DNA from: an uncultured Tepidisphaeraceae bacterium
GTDB taxonomy: Bacteria > Planctomycetota > Phycisphaerae > Tepidisphaerales > Tepidisphaeraceae
DNA length: 64,000 nucleotides
NCBI GenBank assembly: GCA_964641895.1
Contig: CAZXLA010000001.1
Location: 18,842 to 82,841, forward strand
Direction: 5' to 3'
Under the pieces are notes generated by a model. That model searched no databases and had not been told where the DNA came from. It was given only the letters and a program-made list of their open reading frames with translations. The number at the start of each line of letters is the position of its first letter. Within the stretch, counting starts at the first letter, position 1. Positions 62,309 to 64,000 of the stretch are shown piece by piece. Position numbers and translations under genes: made by a program.

Positions 62309-62441
62309 GATGTCGAATCGTTGATCCGGCGGCGGGTGAATCCTACCGACGGAAACGATCGCCTTGCCGCCCGGTGCGGATCGGTCGACTGAAATAATTT
62401 GTTAACAGCCGTTTCTTACACGGCCAGAACAAGGAATCGCG

Positions 62442-64000
62442 ATGCGAGTGCTGGTTCACGAAGTACGCGACTTCAGCAAGCGCGGCGACGCGCTGCCCAT
62501 CCCCAACCTCATCGAAGTTCAGCGGGCGGCGTATAACCGCTTCCTGCAGAAGGACGTCGATGCGCTCAAACGCAAGGGCGAAGGCCTCGAAGCGCTGCTG
62601 CGCGAAGTGTTCCCGATCGAGAGCTACGACGGCAACCTTCGCCTTGATTACGTCAGTTATGAACTGCTCGAAGCGCGCTACACCACCGACGAATGCCGCG
62701 CGCTGCGCCTCACGTTCGGCATGCCCTTTCGCATCCGCGTGAAGTTCACCCGCAAAGACAAAGACGAGGTGATGGAAGACAGCATCTACCTCGGCGAAAT
62801 CCCGATCATGATCGGCGGCGGCGAGTTCATCATCAACGGCGCCGAGCGCGTGATTGTGAACCAGCTTCACCGCTCGCCGGGCGTCGACTTCCTCATTGAA
62901 GTGCAGGAAGGCGATCGTCCGCTGCACGGCTTCCGCGTTATTCCCGAGCGCGGCTCGTGGATCGAATGCGCCGTGACCAAGAAAGACGCGCTTTCGGTGC
63001 GCATCGACCAGAGCAGCAAAATCCCCGCAACAACATTCCTTCGCGCGCTGGATAAAAAATACAGCACCGGCGAAGCGATCATTCGCGAGTTCTACCAGGT
63101 CGAAACCGTCAAAACCAAAGACCTGCAGGCGACGTATTACGCCGCATCATCGATCATTGACGCCGAAAGCGGCGAAGAAGTCGTTAAGGCGGGCGCACAG
63201 ATCGGCGAAGCGCTGCAGAAGATTCAGGCCAGTGCGCTAAAGAATACGGAAGTCGTCACGAAGGTGGCCGACCCGCTGATTCTCAACACGCTCGCCGAAG
63301 ACACCGCCGAGTCGCACGAAGCGGCGCTGCTTAAGATTTACGCGCGCCTGCGTCCGGGCAACCCGCCTCAGATTGATAAGGCCAAGACGCTATTTGAAGA
63401 AAAATTCTTCGACGACAACCGCTACCGCCTCGGCCGAGTAGGCCGGTTCCGCATCAACCGCAAGTTTGATCAGAACGTCAGCGAAAATGAGATGACGCTT
63501 CGCAGCGAAGATCTCACTAACTCGTTGAAATACATGTTCAAGCTGCGCAACGGCGAAGGCTACGTCGACGACATCGATCACCTGGGCAACCGGCGGCTGC
63601 GTACCATCGACGAGCTGGCTTCCGAAGAGCTTCGCAAGGGCTTTCTGAAACTGAAGCGCACGGTGCAGGAGCGCATGAGCCTGAAAGACCCGAACGAAAT
63701 CGGCCGGATCGCCGAACTGGTCAACAGCAAGAGCATCAGCAGCTCGATCGATTTCTTCTTCGGCCGCGGCGAGCTGTCGCAGGTGGTCGATCAGACCAAT
63801 CCGCTCAGTCAGCTTACGCACGAGCGCCGGCTGTCGGCGCTTGGGCCCGGCGGCTTGAACCGTAAGCGAGCGGGTTTTGAAGTGCGCGACGTTCACATTT
63901 CGCACTACGGCAGAATCTGTCCGATCGAAACACCCGAAGGCACCAACATCGGTCTGATCGCTTCGCTGTCGATTTATTCCGACATCGACGATTACGGCTT
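62442..64000 (+). CDS. rpoB: DNA-directed RNA polymerase subunit beta (5' part, continues beyond the window)
   Basis: ATG at 62442. [63 protein letters not shown] and later [41 protein letters not shown]. The frame stays open to position 64000. Confidence 0.97.
   Translation, partial: MRVLVHEVRDFSKRGDALPIPNLIEVQRAAYNRFLQKDVDALKRKGEGLEALLREVFPIESYDGNLRLDYVSYELLEARYTTDECRALRLTFGMPFRIRVKFTRKDKDEVMEDSIYLGEIPIMIGGGEFIINGAERVIVNQLHRSPGVDFLIEVQEGDRPLHGFRVIPERGSWIECAVTKKDALSVRIDQSSKIPATTFLRALDKKYSTGEAIIREFYQVETVKTKDLQATYYAASSIIDAESGEEVVKAGAQIGEALQKIQASALKNTEVVTKVADPLILNTLAEDTAESHEAALLKIYARLRPGNPPQIDKAKTLFEEKFFDDNRYRLGRVGRFRINRKFDQNVSENEMTLRSEDLTNSLKYMFKLRNGEGYVDDIDHLGNRRLRTIDELASEELRKGFLKLKRTVQERMSLKDPNEIGRIAELVNSKSISSSIDFFFGRGELSQVVDQTNPLSQLTHERRLSALGPGGLNRKRAGFEVRDVHISHYGRICPIETPEGTNIGLIASLSIYSDIDDYG

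Overview
High-GC (roughly 58-60% by eye) bacterial chromosomal window, densely coding on both strands. It is probably Planctomycetota-like; this is a low-confidence inference from an LESRTHLAA-type N-terminus on a secreted CBM/Kelch protein, a long SecE, several Uma2 genes and TGWKPV-type hairpin repeats. The content is mostly housekeeping. It includes NAD synthesis (nadB, nadC), tRNA modification (queG, miaA, tsaD), repair (uvrB, a UvrD-like helicase, comM, comEA), purC, aroC, hpt, crcB, peptidases (M28, M42, S41), a MATE pump and an iron/cobalamin-type ABC binding protein plus permease. The 3' third holds the classical cluster tRNA-Thr, tuf, rpmG, tRNA-Trp, secE, nusG, rplK, rplA, rplJ, rplL, rpoB (rpoB runs off the window end). 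Accessory items are a HicAB module with a decayed toxin, a VapBC-like pair, two Uma2 endonuclease genes and an orphan DNA methyltransferase next to a cNMP-binding membrane protein. I found no CRISPR array, integrase, transposase, rRNA or obvious defence island. The most unusual signal is non-genic. Almost every intergenic gap carries a hairpin built from short tandem k-mer arrays facing an inverted copy of the same array. At least five sequence families recur within the window: ACGATTG, GCAGATGAAC, GTTGCCAGT, CCGATAGC and ACGGGTTGGAARCCCGT. Two G/C-rich nested palindromic elements are read through in frame inside genes, one in the essential tsaD and one at the 3' end of the ABC binding-protein gene. 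Other items worth a second look:
- an 82-bp inverted-repeat pair with TGTG-N8-CACA termini that brackets one orphan ORF;
- a stand-alone HrpA C-terminal half;
- six perfect 12-mers in the tRNA-Thr/tuf leader;
- a 323-bp lower-GC spacer splitting rplK from rplA.
All family assignments come from motif recognition by eye. No searches were run.
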